In this document: positions 62,401 to 64,000 of the stretch, one piece after another
Layout: each line of letters begins with the position of its first letter
Position numbering within the stretch: the first letter of the stretch is position 1
Made by a program: the position numbers and the translations under genes
Notes under the pieces: model-generated
Databases searched by the model: none
Seen by the model: the letters and a program-made list of their open reading frames with translations, nothing else
Told to the model about the DNA's origin: nothing
NCBI GenBank assembly: GCA_030704615.1
Contig: CM060732.1
Location: 75,144,001 to 75,208,000 of the forward strand
Direction: 5' to 3'
Origin: Takakia lepidozioides
Lineage: Eukaryota; Plantae; Bryophyta
Length of the DNA: 64,000 nucleotides

Positions 62401-63174
62401 GCAATTAGTTGGGATAGTCTCAGCTGGTTCACGTCGTGTGTGTTTTCTTCTCGCCCATCCGGCATTTCACCATTTGAAGCGCTGAAGAGCAGCAGCTTTC
62501 TATCTGTCTTCTCACATTTTCAAGAAGTGCAAGGTATGCACGTACGAGCACTTTATTCGGGATCGCCTTTTGGTCACACCAGAAATCTTAAAAGCAAGTA
62601 CGCAGATATTGACTTGGAAATGTAGAACACAAAGCCGAACCCCACTGCACAATTACAAACTTTCAAGAAATAGGATTCTCAATTGGACGAAACAGGCATA
62701 CTAAGCCTCAAATGTCTGCAACCTTCACTTTCATGATAGATCTTAACACGGTAGTTTACAAACAGTAAATACTGGGAACTGGTGCAACGAGATCGGTATT
62801 ATTGTAAATGGTAGGCACTCTTGGCTTGTTGAGACATCCGCGAGAAAGGATCTGCACATGCTCGGAACAAGTAAAGAATAGTTAGAGATCAAAGTGCACC
62901 CTTTCTTCTCCCTTTCTTTCAGTTTCGCCCAGATGCAACACTCACTTTCCAACAACAATATGCCCCCCCCATCATGCGCCTGGCCTACCGGAAAACATTC
63001 AATCTTCAACGATCTCCATCCCCCATTTCAAATTGCACCTGTTTCTGCACTTGATGTGATCACCTGTATATCTAAAAAAAAGGGACTTTTCATGCACAAC
63101 CCTGGTGGAGATGATGCAAACCATAACCCAGCAGATACCAAAAGAGAATAGAGGAACAGCACCGATCTGCAATT

Positions 63175-63384
63175 TCACTTAGTTTCACTAGCAGCGGTGC
63201 CCTCCTGAGTCTCTTGAGACTGCTCCTCTTCGGACTCCACCTTAGCGGGCAGGGTGACACCGGGCCAGGGCTTGCACAGGCAGAGCTTATCCTGCGGGAT
63301 TGTCTTGTACACGCTGGGTACGTGCTTGCCGCATCCAGCCCATGACGTCTGCCCACAGGTGGTACAACTCACCGGGTAACACAT
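63175..63384 (-). CDS. Small Cys-rich uncharacterised protein (69 aa), putative metal binder
   Basis: MCYPVSCTTCGQTSWAGCGKHV...IP...CLCKPWP resembles a conserved small plant family as I recall it; acidic tail; TATA-like TTTATATA ~105 bp upstream. Confidence 0.75.
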   Translation of the reverse strand: MCYPVSCTTCGQTSWAGCGKHVPSVYKTIPQDKLCLCKPWPGVTLPAKVESEEEQSQETQEGTAASETK

Positions 63385-64000
63385 CTTGCCAGACTCTTTC
63401 ACAATCTCCTTCTCTCTCTTCGTGTGTGTTTGTGTGTGAGTAAGAAAGGTTGTCAGAGCAGGATGATCGGGAATAAGGAAGGACTAGTGATATATAAAGC
63501 TTTGGGGTGGTGCGTGCCAAGCATGGCAGGCTTTGGAGATATCATCCTTTTTGTTCTTGTCCCCTGGCTCCTTATCCGATCGAGCCTTGCTTGATGCCAT
63601 GCCATGCGTATTCGCACTTGTTTTCCTTTTGCTTGCCCATCCCATCATCCACGCCATCCATCTCAGATTTCCAAATGCACTGTCTCGTTCGTCGGTCTGT
63701 TGAAATCGAGCGTCGTTCCCGCAGAGATCGTGACGGGGAAGACGAGGTAGGGCTGCGATGGCTTCCGGATGGACTAGATCGGCAGCCATGGGGACCCGAC
63801 ACAGTGATGGCACCCATGTAAGCTTTCTGGACAGGAGCTTGGATGCTCTGTGGGCCAGAACTAGGGCAAGGCAGCTGCTTGTAATCGTGGGTCTGCTCGT
63901 TACCCCTTTTATCTTGATATGGCGGTTTCCAGTATCGTCTCTAAGGATTCAGCTACAGGAAGTCAAAGGATCTGTTGCTATACCTGGGTCTGTGCTTCAT

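Noticed and set aside
59460-62600. Possible LTR element or decayed gene upstream of ALG11
   Set aside because: No paired LTRs, PBS/PPT or recognisable protein motifs were found.

Overview
Eukaryotic nuclear DNA from a land plant, probably a non-seed plant or bryophyte (inferred from compact GT-AG introns, a very regular PLS-DYW PPR and a three-SapB prosaposin). Apparently intact genes: cactin (intronless CDS), a PLS-E-DYW RNA-editing PPR, SIN3-like corepressor (almost intronless), serine racemase, prosaposin, V-ATPase subunit E and a small Cys-rich protein. Between them lie damaged or truncated copies (F-box, PPR, KCTD-type BTB, HMA2/4-like ATPase, ALG11), an atypical Dof-finger ORF with acidic tandem repeats, LINE 3' ends, a hAT-like element and minisatellite arrays. 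Main finding: the PPR-DYW gene at 18.4-22.6 kb carries three OSB-type 'PDF' ssDNA-binding motifs upstream of the PPR array, each split by a phase-0 intron at the same position. All visible lesions fall in the middle exons, so one exon-skipping splice (18691->19946) would rebuild a complete PDF motif in frame with the PPR-DYW (924 aa). A decayed inverted paralog at 6.0-7.3 kb has the same architecture. All calls were made by eye; no database searches were run.
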